The position numbers were made by a program, and so were the translations under genes. Shown here piece after piece: positions 51,854 through 64,000 of a DNA stretch of 64,000 nucleotides. The DNA is from Batkoa obscura (Eukaryota): NCBI GenBank assembly GCA_030770535.1, contig JASVEC010000003.1, positions 930,001-994,000 of the forward strand. Direction: 5' to 3'. Position 1 is the first letter of the stretch. The number at the start of each line of letters is the position of its first letter. The notes beneath the pieces are model-generated. The model was not told where the DNA came from and searched no databases. It worked only from the letters and a program-made list of their open reading frames with translations.

Positions 51854-54742
51854 TCAAGATATTAACCAATGTGCTAAAGACTCCGTAACTTCCTTAGATT
51901 TAAAATCTAGTAAAAAGGTAGAAGAATTATGCTGTTTGTTCAATATATATAATATCAATTTTTTAGCTTTTAGTCGTTCCACTTTTATACCACTTTGATT
52001 CAAACTTAATAATATATCATTCTCTTTCCCTTTTTTATTGTTTTTGACTATCAATCTAATATTGTTGTTCTCTTTATAAACTTCTAGTTGACATTTACCA
52101 ATCTTAAACCAAGTATGATCCACTAGCCTCAATTGAAATAATTTAAAACTTAAATTAGCTAAACACGTTATCTCCCTACTTTCCTTATTGAAATAATGTT
52201 CTTTGACTAAATCATGTTCATACTCTATTTCATCTAATTCTAAAAGTGGGGAACAAATTTTATTGTTTAGTTTAATAAATTCTTGTTCCATAAACAAAAT
52301 ATTGACTAACTCTTCTGCTTCTTGTGGATTGGACATTACTACTTTATATCTCGTTCCTTTATTTGGTAAATAAAATTCTATTTCAACTTCGCTTAGTCGT
52401 AATATGTTTAATTTGTCATTAGCTAATGAAGCTATTTTAATTATTTGTTTCTGTTCTTTTAACGTGGTAAATATTATTATACATTTATTTGCCTGCTTAT
52501 TTAATTCCCTTAATTCAACTATGCTTTGATCTAATAATTTCCATTCATAATCGTAATATGCATATAATCCGCAGGGTGTTGAAAGATATTTACTTATCCC
52601 TAATTTACTACTATTCACCCCATTTAGGTCTGTATTTATAGTTGAACTAGAGCGTGAACTTATAAGATTGCTACTAGTTGTAATATCTGATTGGGTAGAT
52701 TGATCGCTAGCAACGTCTTCTTTGGAACTTTGGTTTGTTTTAATATAACTCAAACTTAGTGCACTCATTGCTTTAACTTTAAACCCAGGTTTTGCCTGCA
52801 TAACATAGTTTAAACTTGCTTGAGAAGAATGATCTGTTGAAGAATCTGTGGTAGTGGTTTGACTTGAAGGTAAACTTGGCAAGTATTTCAGATCGATTGG
52901 CTCCTTATTTTCTAAATAACCTATACAATTAATTACATAATAAAAAGAAAGTAAAATATTACTTGATGGAGGTTTTATATCATATTCATCTGAAGTCAAC
53001 CCTGGTGATGTCATCGACAGTCTATTTAAACAATTGAAGGCATCATCGTTGTTTGTAAAGTTTCCTTTAATTGGAATTTTATTGACCTGGCATAGCTCCG
53101 TTTCTTCTTTAGCATGCTTATAGCTGGCGGATGTTCTTCGAATTAAGTTCATAGCATCGTTATAATACGATTTATCTCCATTATTTAAACTAGTATCTTC
53201 GCTATTGGTATCACCCTCTTCATTATTAGAGTATGTTCTTTCTACTTCTCTTGAATTCTGTGGCTTTAATTCATTAAACTTATTTACAAAGTTCCATTTC
53301 GTCTCAGCATTGTTTGCCATTAATTTTATAGCCAAACTTCCTTTTATTGTAATCAATAACGAGTTACCTAAAAGAATTAAAAATTACAATAATGTATTAA
53401 ATAATGGTTACTACCATATGGGTCTCCAGCTCTAGATTTTAAAGGTACCATAGTTAAAAGGTTTAAATCATGGCAAATGGTAATAAGCTCCATATCATGT
53501 GTATTAGTATGTTGCTTTTCATTATTAATATACAGTGGATGCTCTAAGGTCGTTAATAAAAATTTATCATTTAAAAGTATCCCTTGTATTTTATGTAATT
53601 TATCTAAGTTTAAATACTCTTTATCTTTTAGCCATTTAAAATCAACAACTTCAAAACTATTTTTTAGCAATAGCGTACGATGTTTATCCGTCAAAGTAAT
53701 ATTCTAAATAAAATAGTAAGTCACTATACATGTATAATTTAAATCACATTATGTAGCTTACCTTTTTCTTTAAATTCAGTTCTTTTTCTAATTTGGAAAT
53801 CTGTTCAAAAGCGTTAATAACTGTTTTTGATTGATGTATCAAACTCTGTAAGTAATCTAAATCTTTAGTTTCTTCTTCTTCGATCATTCCTTTCTATTTA
53901 TCAAAGTCAGCATTAATATTTCAAATCAACGAGTAATATTTTACTTGTAATACTACTTTATAACTCATCAATAACTCTAATGGTCTAAACATGTAGATTT
54001 CTAACTGTTCGCTTGCAATTTCCTAGGAATTTTACATTAATGTATGGCATTTTTGTGCAAATAAATTTAATACATGATTCCCTTCTAGCACTTTCTTTAA
54101 CATTTTATAAGCCTTAAATAAATGATAAGTATAAGCTCTATAAGTTGGTTCCATGACATTTAGCTAAGTATAACATTAGTCTAATAGTTATATTGATAAT
54201 CTATCCAAATTACTGCTTTCTTAATAACGACTAAAATATTTTGGGACAACGGGTATATATCTAATGAAAATTTTTTCAAGTTCTAAACAGATTGTTAGTA
54301 TTATACGAATATAACTTTGACATAAATTTACTAATAGCAAGCTACGATGTAGTTCAGATAAAGTATATAATGCATCAAAGATTAAATAAAACAATTCTTT
54401 ATCTGGCATATCAATCGTACGACATGGTATCAATATATTCTATAAAAATAAGTTATGGTTATTGTAAGCTTTATATTGAGTTACACTTGAAAAAGCGTCA
54501 AACTCAGTTTGAAACTTTAACTCCATTTCAATTAAATAGGCAAGCGAAAAATTTCTATCGGTCTTAACAATGCTAACATTGGTATTATCTTCATTTAAGT
54601 TAGTGTTAGTATTCGTTGACGTAGATTTGGTTGGATTAAAGAATTGAGATGCTGTCTTTAATAGTTGGCTTGACCTCAACCTTTTCCCTATAGGATTCTT
54701 TATTTTGTTGTTTATATTCTGATTAATTAATGAAGCTAGCAT
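51854..54742 (-). CDS. Multi-exon protein with divergent DH (RhoGEF) domain and PH-like folds
   Basis: Spliced reading LAYLIEMELKF...IFDALYTLSELHRSLL...EPTYRAY...MFRPLELLMSYKVVLQ follows the DH pattern; joins ORFs 54440, 54221, 53377 and 51854. Confidence 0.62.
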
Positions 54743-56044
54743 TTAAACCAAGTATTTGATACAAAATATATTGTTCTTCCTCTTCTTTATAATTGAATGC
54801 TTTTAAAATATTAGAAATGAAAAGGTATTATAACACGAATTGCTTTTATTATCCTTCTTTTAGATAAAATAAATTATAATTGAATTGAATACTCTTAAAT
54901 TTAAAAAAAGAAATAAAAAGGAAAACTTAATTAAAGGAAATCAAATAAATCAAATAAAATTACTTTATTGTTTCATGAATACTAAAGCAGAAGAATACTA
55001 CGATAATGAATAATACCTTTTTTATTTTTTATCTTTTTCCTATACCTATTACCGCCCAATTTTTTAATTTTTTAATTCTTACTCAAGTTTTTTCTATCCA
55101 ACTTTAGATTGAGTAGAATAAAATTTTAACATATTTTTCTCAAACGTTTCAAGTGAAAATCGAAATTTATCACCTAAAAACAGAAATAAAAAAGTGAAGT
55201 TAAAATGGGTTAAGCTTGTAATTGTTTATTTTATAATATTGAAAAATATATTTTTTAATAAACATAAAACTTAACGACTATAGTATCAGTAAAATTTGCA
55301 ACATCAAAATTGGTAAAAGCTGTTTTTATTTTCAAAAATATTTCTAACTAAACTTAAAATCGGAAAGTTTTATCAAAGCAAAACTATATTTTGATAAAGG
55401 GTGTTTGGTGTTTATTTTTGGTTTTGAACACTTATTTTTTTCAATAACTTGATTGCTATTAAAAACCTATTAACTTTTATAATATAACCAACTTTAATTT
55501 TAAGCTATTTATAAGTTATAATTAAAAAATACTAAATAAATCATAATAAAAATTTAAAGTTAAAGTTTGTCATATTGTACAAACCATTTATTAAAAAATT
55601 GAAGAGTTTCTTTCTTCTAAATGTATTATTGTAGCATTTTATACTTTTGAAAAAGTCGTTAAGCTCTCAAGGGGTTTATTGACAAAATAAAAGCGCTTGA
55701 GAAATTACATGGGCGGGATAAGACCTATGGGATAAGAGCTTTTCTCACTTTTCTCACTTTTCTTTTAGCTAAATGTACTTTAGCTTGCCTGAAGTTGCTA
55801 GCCCAGGTAGTCTTATATTTAATAGGTAGAAAAAGCATTGATATCTTTGTAATTTCTTTTGACAACAAGAGTTTCATGTACACCTAGTATACATGGTATA
55901 AAACTATAATTCTTTTGTCAATCAAACTTTTAATATCAATTGTTTTTTTAAATTTCATGCTACACAAAAGACAAATAAAAATGTTGAAATAAAAACAGCA
56001 TCCTCTCTCTAAAAAGGTGTTTGAGATACTTTCATTTTCAATTA

Positions 56045-56442
56045 GTATTGATAAAGGCGAGTGGTAAGATACTCCCTCTCCTCAGCCAAGGTTCGGGTTT
56101 GAACCTTGATCTGGCAAAAAAAGAATGAATTGCTCGTCAAAGAAGTGCTGTCTGCATTATCTGTTAAAGTAGTGAGAAGTCTGTATAGCCTGTCAAAGTG
56201 TTCCCATATCTTCTAAACCTCCAAACTTTCTTCAAATATTCTATATATCGATGTTCTTCAAATTCTCAAACTGTCTTAAATAAACCAAACCGTCCAATGT
56301 GGATGTGTAATCAAAAAAAATCAATATTAATAAAAATACTATATAACGAATCGGAAATAATAAATAATAAATAATAAATAATAAATAATAAATAATAAAT
56401 AATAAATAATAAATAATAAATAATAAATAATAAATAATAAAT
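56045..56442 (+). mobile_element. Candidate tRNA-derived SINE with tandem-repeat tail
   Basis: A-box-like GGCGAGTGGTAAG, B-box/T-arm-like TCGGGTTTGAACCTTGA, ~240-bp body, (AAATAAT)n tail. Confidence 0.45.
56355..56442. repeat. (AAATAAT) x ~12.5 tandem repeat
   Basis: Perfect 7-bp periodicity. Confidence 0.95.
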
Positions 56443-56541
56443 GGGGATAACTTTTTTGGTTTCATTACTTTTTCCATTTTTTGAGCGTTACTTGAGCGGA
56501 AAGATTGTTAGTAAAATTCTTAAATACAAAAATATATCCCC
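56443..56541 (-). mobile_element. MITE copy abutting the tandem repeat
   Basis: GGGGATAACTTTTTTGGTTTCAT...ATATATCCCC; flanks AAAT/GTAT. Confidence 0.9.
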
Positions 56542-57287
56542 GTATACTTAATTTAACATGCTTGGAAAATTCGTTTTTCGAAAAGTTTAAGGTAAGATAC
56601 TTTATAATATATTGAATATAATATTTAGTGTTTACTAATATAACTTAACAAGTAGCTCAAGACTTAAGGTTTATTATGTATAAAGGTTAACGATTTTCAA
56701 TATCAATTAAATTTCTGCAAAAATGAAAAAATTTACATAGGTCATTAGAAATACAGTTCAAGAAGGTACTGAAATACTAGAACACTTACCGAAAAAGGAA
56801 GCAGTTGTATTGCACTCCCTACCTCATTCACCTTCTATTTCCTATCTTGTAGCACAATGGTACATTCACCTTCCACCCATAAATAAGAACTTTAGAGTTT
56901 ATTGATTCTTTCAAGGTTTTTAAAAAAATGTATAAATTTATACCTCATTAAGTTTTTTTTATTTTACTTGTATAGTTTAAGACAAAAGAATCAATATCAT
57001 TAGCATATATATAACTGCTATACTCTAACTTCTAAAAATAAAAAACTATTGTTATAATAATATATTTTTCTTGCATACTAGTAGTGCTTTATCATTCTTG
57101 GTCTTTAAATCTAATATTGTATTAATACATATAAATTTAAAATGTTGGAACATATTCTTGTTACAATTTTATACTATAACCCCTTTTTTGATATTAAAAA
57201 ACATTTCTATAACTAATTATAACAAAACAAAATTGTAAAAAAATTATAAACATAGGAAATAAAAACTATTTCATTTAGAATAAACAC

Positions 57288-57934
57288 TTAGCTTGAAAGG
57301 GGAATTTCAATTTCTCTTATTCCGTTAGCATCTGCTACATCAAATTTGAAGTTGCTAAAGTTAATAATAAATCTGGTCTTTAGTTCTAAAAGACATTTCT
57401 TGATTACTTCTTTAGCCTCCTCTAATTCCATATCTGGTTTATAATAGCGATCCAATAATGACATTAAATAAAAAGCTCCATAACCATGAGAAGCGAACTT
57501 TACTGATTCACTACTTGCTAAATAATCTAACCAATAAAGTTTTGGCCCATCTTTTTTACTCCAGCCTGAAATTAAACTATTTACCTGGTAAGGATTCTTT
57601 ATATCATAGATTAAAAATAAATAATAAATTATATAAAATTAATTACTCTAGAACGTAAAGATTCAGCTAACTGACGACGAGTAAAAGAAGCGACTTGGGG
57701 GGTAGTAAGATCTTCGCCATTATTAGTAAAATGAAAAAGTTGGACATTCTTTTGAATAAATTCGGCAAATTGAACGGTGTCTCCGGATTCTCCAGTAAAG
57801 TAAATGGCATTATGTTTATTAAGGGTACGTGATTTTGGTTCAGTTGATTTTAATACAGTAATAGATCTAATTACTGTAGTGTCTCCACCACATATAGTGA
57901 AATCTTTTCCAACAAGGCCTACAACTACTTCCAT
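57288..57934 (-). CDS. PRE1: 20S proteasome beta-4 subunit
   Basis: MEVVVGLVGKDF...GESGDTVQFAEFIQKNVQL...RRQLAESLRSR, intron, NPYQVN...HGYGAF...LDRYYKPDM. Confidence 0.95.
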
Positions 57935-58101
57935 TATAATTGAATTGAATAAAGTTATTTTTTTTGCTTGGTTTGTGCTTTTTTCTAATTTCTAAGATGA
58001 CGTTTCTAATTTGCAAATAATTGTAGCAAATCAATTGCTTTTTTGCAAATGCTAAAAATCAATTTTGTATTAAAAAATTATAGTCTAAGTTTATATAAAA
58101 G

Positions 58102-58449
58102 ATGAGCGAATTGAAGTATGAGATATTAGATGAAGAAGGGTATTTAAAAGAAAGTATAGCCGATTTAATAGAAGAGGTCTTTGGAAATTTTGATGTAGAT
58201 AAAGATGGAGTATTGAATAGCGAAGAACTCCAAGCATTTTCTACCAAATTAAACGGTAAACCATTTAGTAAAGAAGAGTTAAAGGAGATTGAAGAGTATT
58301 TCGATATTGATGATAATGGTTTCATTACTAAAGCTGGATTCCATCAAATGTTTGATTTACAATCTTCAGCTGAACCTGAAGAAACTATTAAGGATTTAGA
58401 AACGTTAGGTTATGACTTGGAGAAATATTTGAAAAAACAATTACAATAA
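58102..58449 (+). CDS. Small EF-hand calcium-binding protein (115 aa)
   Basis: EF loops DVDKDGVLNSEE and DIDDNGFITKAG. Confidence 0.88.
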   Translation: MSELKYEILDEEGYLKESIADLIEEVFGNFDVDKDGVLNSEELQAFSTKLNGKPFSKEELKEIEEYFDIDDNGFITKAGFHQMFDLQSSAEPEETIKDLETLGYDLEKYLKKQLQ

Positions 58450-58799
58450 AAATTATACATACAACAGTAAAGCTATTTTAAAAGCTATTTATATTATAAC
58501 ACTGTTAATATTAGTTTGCTTTTAAAATTGATGTATTTTATATTTAATGTTTTTTAGAATTAATTTCAATTTTATTAAATAGCTAAAGCAGAACTTAAAG
58601 GATATAAATCAAACGAAAAAAGATACAAGGTTGAAAAGAAAACGAAGGAATAGAAAGATGTGAGGGTGAATTAAGAATAAAATAATAAAAAGAGCAAGAA
58701 TAAAAAAGAACAAAAGATAAATGGAAGACATAGCCAAGGAATAATAATATTATTATCACTATCTTCATCAATATTATTGTTGCCATTGATATTGATATT

Positions 58800-59760
58800 G
58801 TCATTGGTGTTATTGGCATCAATAGTGTCTTGCTTTTTAATTATCCTATTTTTTGAATTTCTTACAAATTGGTCAATTAAGATCTTATTACCAATGTAGT
58901 TTGATACTCTTAAACTGAGTTTTCTATTATAAGTATCAATGATATGGTTTATATCTTCTAAAATATCTTTTTTGCTATTAATTTTAGTTGCAATAGTGTC
59001 AATTTTACTTACAGTAGGTTTGTTTTTTCGAAGAGTCTTTTTGCTTTATGTTTACTAGTTATGCGTCTATTTTTTGGTTTTTTAGATACCGTTGATTGTT
59101 GTTCGTTATTAGTGGAATTAGTAGCTAAGGTTTCAATAGCACTACTACAATTCGAAATTGAGAGTTTTGGTTTATGATGAGAATTTTTGGATGATGTTGG
59201 CTGTTGACGATTTCTGGTAGAGGCTATAACCAAAGTTTCAGATATTTTGTTTGTATCTGAGGTAGATAGCTTTGGTTTATAAGGTAAATTTTCCCATGTT
59301 GCTTTTTGGCCATTTTTAATGGAATTAATGACTAAGGTTTTATTATTGTTACTGGAATTTGTAGTTGGGGCTTTTGGTTTGTGAAGTGAATTTTTATATA
59401 CTACTGATTTTTGACTATTTCCGGTGGGTTGGTAGTTAAGGTTCCTGTAGAGTTGATAGGCAAGATTCCAGTGGTATTATTTGTACCTTCAAAAGCTGAA
59501 GGGCTATTAAATAAATGATTAAAGTTCGGGATTAAAGGGGGTTGGTTTGTGATTATAGAGTTTGGAGGAGGAAACAATTCAACAGAACTGCTTTTGAAAG
59601 TGGAATTAGAGTAAAGCATATCAAAAGTACTCTGTTGATTTATGGCGTTGAAGTTGATGTTCTTCTTGTAAATCTGACTACTCGGTTTGGAAGTCTGTAT
59701 GGATCATACAACTTTTCAAATCCTCTGCTATTTAGACAAGAAGTACTTTGGCATATCAAG
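58800..59760 (-). pseudogene. Disrupted low-complexity Ser/Thr/Asn/Pro-rich coding relic
   Basis: Consecutive coding-like segments (ORFs 59401-59619 and 59009-59233) broken by stops and frameshifts; family unknown. Confidence 0.4.
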
Positions 59761-60073
59761 TATTCAAGTACAAAAAGATAGATATTGATTATGAAATGGT
59801 GACGATTATATAATGAATTTTATGCGTTCTTATTGGTTGACTTCTAACTACGCACAATTCTGTAATAGCAAATATTGTAAAAGTGACAAAAATGTTGAAT
59901 TAGACACTTGTCATTTTTAGTTTATTTTGCATAAAGTTAGACAACCTAATTACTAATAAGTTAGTTAAATACAGGATCCTAGATCTTTATCTCAATAAGT
60001 ATTTTTTATTGTCATGATAGTTTTTAATGCAACATTATTCAGTTCTGACACTAATATACAATAAATTGTATAT

Positions 60074-61530
60074 ATGAAGGATACCCGTATTATAGATATT
60101 GTCTCGTTTAATGGATATAGAAAGTATGATGGGTGGTGGAGGTACCAACATCCATTTATGCCATCATCAGTAGCTGGTCAAGCAGGTGAAGCACCTAGCC
60201 CGTCTGCTCCAAAAGAAGGACTAAAAAAGCAACCAGAACCAGAACTGATAGTTAAGGAAGATGAATAATTAACTGAAAAAGATATTGAAAAGAATGAAGC
60301 CCTTGAAGAAAAGGATCTTGGATCTCAAGCTTATAAAAACGTAATTTTGGACAAGCTTTGACTTATTTTAATAACGCTTTTGCACTTGACAATACTAATA
60401 TTACTATCTTTACTAAAAAAGCTGGCAAGTTTGCTATATCAGCTAAAAAAAATCAGATTAATATGATTTTGTAGCTGTTTTATTTGAAATGGGAGAATAC
60501 AATGAATGTTTAAAGTACGTGAAGGGGCAGTTGGAAGTGGACGTGAACATTGTGCCGACTTTAAACTGATAGCAAAGTAGGTATAAATTCAATTCTAAGC
60601 TTATTTATTTAACTTTTATTAGGGTTTTTGGTTGTATTGATAATGTTTATGTAAAAAGAATGATTTAGATAAGGCTATCAAATAACTCAATAAGTCTCTT
60701 ACTGAATACTGTACTGCTGGTATTCTTACCAACTTAAAGAAGAAAATATAATTAATAATTTAATGATGTTGAATTAACATACAATTCCTTGGGCCGAAAA
60801 AGCTAATTGCTTAAAGAAAAGGAAGCTTATCGTAACCTAGAGTTAACTAATCAAACAAGAGAAAAAGAAAAAGAATGCTTCAAAAAGAGTGACTTTGTAG
60901 AAGCTGTTAAACATTATACTGAAGCCATTAAGAGAAATGAAAAGGACCCAAGATGCTGCTCTAATCGTACAGCTTGTTATACTAAATTGATGGCTTTCCA
61001 TGAAGCTATAAAAGATTGTGGTACTTGTATTGGATTAGATTCAACTTTTGGTAACTAGCTTTATTTTGCTTATATTACAAATAATAATACTAACACAAAT
61101 TTTTAGTCAAAGTCTATTTACATGAAGCTACAGTTGAATTTTCAGATAAAGATTATGGCAAATGTATTGAAATTTGTGAAGAAGCAGAACAGCGTGGTAT
61201 TGATGGAAAGTATACTAATGAAATTGGACAGATTTATAAATCTAAGTAAGCTTTAACTTCATTACCATCTGAACGAGTAACTGAAGAAGAAGGTCAAAAA
61301 GCATTAAAGAGAGCTGCTGAAGATTCAGAAGTTCAACACAATATTCGAGATCCTGTTGTGCAACAAATTTTACAAATACAATCTAATTTTGCTGCCATTC
61401 AAGTGTAAGTTTTTTATATTGTTATTTTATTGATGCTGTATTTATTTTTATATTTAGGCATATGAAGAACCCTACTGTTGCTACCAATATTTGCAAATTA
61501 ATTAGGTTTGGTATTATCAGAATGGGTTAA
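60074..61530 (+). pseudogene. STI1: STI1/Hop co-chaperone pseudogene (5' truncated, introns retained)
   Basis: ALEEKDLG, AVKHYTEAIKRNEKDPR..SNR.ACYTKL, DPVVQQIL, HMKNP...GIIRMG*; in-frame stops and frameshifts; TPR1 absent. Confidence 0.85.
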
Positions 61531-62293
61531 ATTAAATTGAAATGTTTTTTTAAATTATATAAGAATATAGTTTAATTTCACTAATCAAAATTAAAAATTA
61601 AAAAATTGATTTCATCTTAATCATTTGATTATTGTTTTAATACATAAAACTAAATTAAATTGATGTAATTGCTTTATTTAAGATAAAGTTTAAGTTTTGA
61701 AGTGGCTTGGAGAAAAGTTTATACTAGCATTACTAATATAGATGTTACTCTTTCTTATATTAATTATCCTTATTGATTATACTAGAAATCACTTCTAAAC
61801 ACCTGAATATATCCTTTATGGACGTAATGGCATTATCTTAATCTTAACATAATACAAATATAATAAAATTAAATAATTCAATATAAAACTCATAAAAAAT
61901 TCGATAAATAAAATAAACAAAAATCATAAAAAAACATCAAAAACTTTTTATTAATTATAAAAAACTAAAACCTAAATTGAAAAATATAAAAATACAAAAA
62001 ATAATTAAAAAATAAAGTAAAATAAATAAAAATAGTTAGCTAAATAAATAAAAATCATTAGTTTTGGGCTGTGAGATCATCATCATTATTTCTTTACAAA
62101 TCCGACATCATAACCTGGACACATGGGCTACGGTTCAAATTGAGATTTAAAATTTATTAAAATAAAAGTGCACAAGAGTTGGCATAAACAATAGAGTTAT
62201 AGAAAAGTAATTGTGTTTATAAAAGTAGTTGAAATCATAGAACTCTACTAATAAAATTGCCTTAATAATACTTGAAATTTTGGATCTTTAAAT

Positions 62294-63822
62294 TTATAAT
62301 CCAAAATCAACATCCAAATCATCTAAATCTAAATCCCCTAAATCTTGGTCATGGTCCAAATCAAAATCAAGTTGATCAACTTCAAATTCTAAATCTAACC
62401 CATCAATAATTGCATTCTCATCAGCTGACTTAGCATCCCCATTCACATCCTTACTCTTCTTTATTGTATGCTCTTTGACTGGTGAAAGACTTCTTTCTCT
62501 CTTTTCATTCTTTACGGAACTAACTGGCAATATAACAGGTTCATTTTCTTTTTTATTATCTTTTGTATTTACATCGCTAACTCCATTACCTGATTGATTA
62601 TTTTTATTATCTTCATTTATTTTTGGTGGCGAAACAGAGCCAGCGGAATTGGAGGCATTAAACCCTTCTTTGTTACTTTCTTTAGCTTGTCTTTGGCGTT
62701 TTTCTTTTAAAATCTCCTCAAGAGACTTTACCTTAATATCCTTAAATTGTTCTTCGGAAGCTTTCTTAGTATTAGAAGGAGGAGAGGACTTGACCTTGTC
62801 CATAGCACGAGAATTTGCTTTATTTTCTTTGTTTTTGTTGTTATTATTTTCTTTATTATTAAGATTGGATAAACGATCATTTATAGAACGTGGTTGATTT
62901 GTTTTTTTATTTGTTTCTTTGGTATTACCATTTTGTTGTTGTTGATTATTCTGTTGATTAGACTTATTTTTAAAGTTGTTCTTGTTTTGATGTTGACCAT
63001 GACCGCCATTGGCAGCTGGTTGCATATTATTTTTAGGCACAAAGCTTAAAGTGCCATTGGAATGAGCGACATTGTTACCGTGTTTTGGTAACCCGTTTTG
63101 ACTAGACATAAAGCTAAGACCCCCGTTTTGTCTTGGTGATATCTTTTGTTGGTTATTATTGACCGAATGGCCATTGTTCTTCGAATTAGATAACCCAGGC
63201 TTGGGTACAAAAGGTCTTGCATATGGGTTGGGTAACCCTGAAAAGTTACTTTTAGCCTCACCTTGATTATCAACAGAACCAGAATCGGATCCATGAGGTG
63301 GTGATACAACTTGTGTATTAATAGCTTGAGTAGCTACTGGACGAACACTTGGTTTTGGAATGACATTTGGTATAACTTTTTATTGTATAAGCATAGGTCT
63401 AAATATATTTTAATAAATGCACTCACTTGTTTTTGGCATGGAATGTTTAAATGGACAAGTCGGTTTTAAACAGCCACCGTTGAGTTCCCAATAACATTGA
63501 ATTTCTGCTTTAGAAGCTTGAGCTACCTACAACATAAAATAAGTATTGTAGCAGATAATAGATAGATAAAAACATACTGGTTGATTAGGAACATGAAAAG
63601 TAGAATGTAATTTATCGCAATTATCAGTTTTGCAAATCTTAGTGGTAGACCAGTCAGGGCAAAGCACTTTATTGGTTTTACATACTTCATTGTGTCGAAA
63701 ACTACACATTGCACCCTTTAACACAAAGATAAGATATTAATTAAAGAATAAATTAAGCGAATTACTTTGGTACAACCATCAGCAAGGAAAAAATAACAAT
63801 CTTGTCTTGAATCTATAGTCAT
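62294..63822 (-). CDS. Triple-CCCH zinc finger protein, ZC3H11-like, four exons
   Basis: CYFFLADGCTKGAMCSFRH, CPDW...C...C...H, IQCYWELNGGCLKPTCPFKH; IKVKSLEEILKEK motif; acidic tail. Confidence 0.82.
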
Positions 63823-64000
63823 TGTTGTTTTTTAAAAAGGTTCTGGATGAATATTCTTGTTAAAAATTTGAAAAAAGGTCCTAAGATGTTAAATTTTATG
63901 ATTGCAACTTTTATTATTTTGACTCAGCACTTTAAACCAATTAAAATACCGACCTTGTAATTTATTGATTCAGTCGATTTATTTCATTGGTTGATCTTAT

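Noticed and set aside
55710..55772. GGGATAAGA x2 and TTTTCTCAC x2 short direct repeats
   Set aside because: Only two units each, consistent with local slippage; no function supportable.
56740..57170. Possible small spliced gene on the minus strand
   Set aside because: I could not build a consistent reading frame or recognise a family.

Overview
AT-rich eukaryotic DNA with short (about 45-60 bp) GT-AG introns. The gene content (trifunctional FOL1, Fzo1-type mitofusin) indicates a fungus; an early-diverging lineage is my inference and is not provable from this window. The window has two compartments. Bases 1-26.6 kb and 37.5-39.9 kb are transposon graveyards. They are dominated by one cut-and-paste family: degenerate copies of a ~2.9-kb element (22-bp TIRs, 4-bp TSD, Sola-type DDD transposase with DLCNIC, LDFKQN, WTDTGN and HGKSIVDGHFG motifs) plus about 40 copies of a ~98-bp MITE that mirrors its asymmetric ends. 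They also hold three LTR-like relics, two recent duplications, tRNA-Pro, tRNA-Phe and one small secreted Cys-rich protein gene. The rest is gene-dense: two GPI-like surface proteins, an STF2/HABP4-like peptide, FOL1, choline/ethanolamine kinase, FZO1, a Myb/SANT-like protein, LSG1, a BNA3-like aminotransferase, a membrane protein, a divergent RhoGEF, PRE1, an EF-hand protein, an STI1 pseudogene and a ZC3H11-like CCCH protein. The best leads are the Sola-like transposon/MITE system with MITE-bounded deletions and a composite unit, RIP-like C-to-T decay of repeats, and a candidate tRNA-derived SINE. All alignments and coordinates were done by eye, so boundaries may be off by a few bases.
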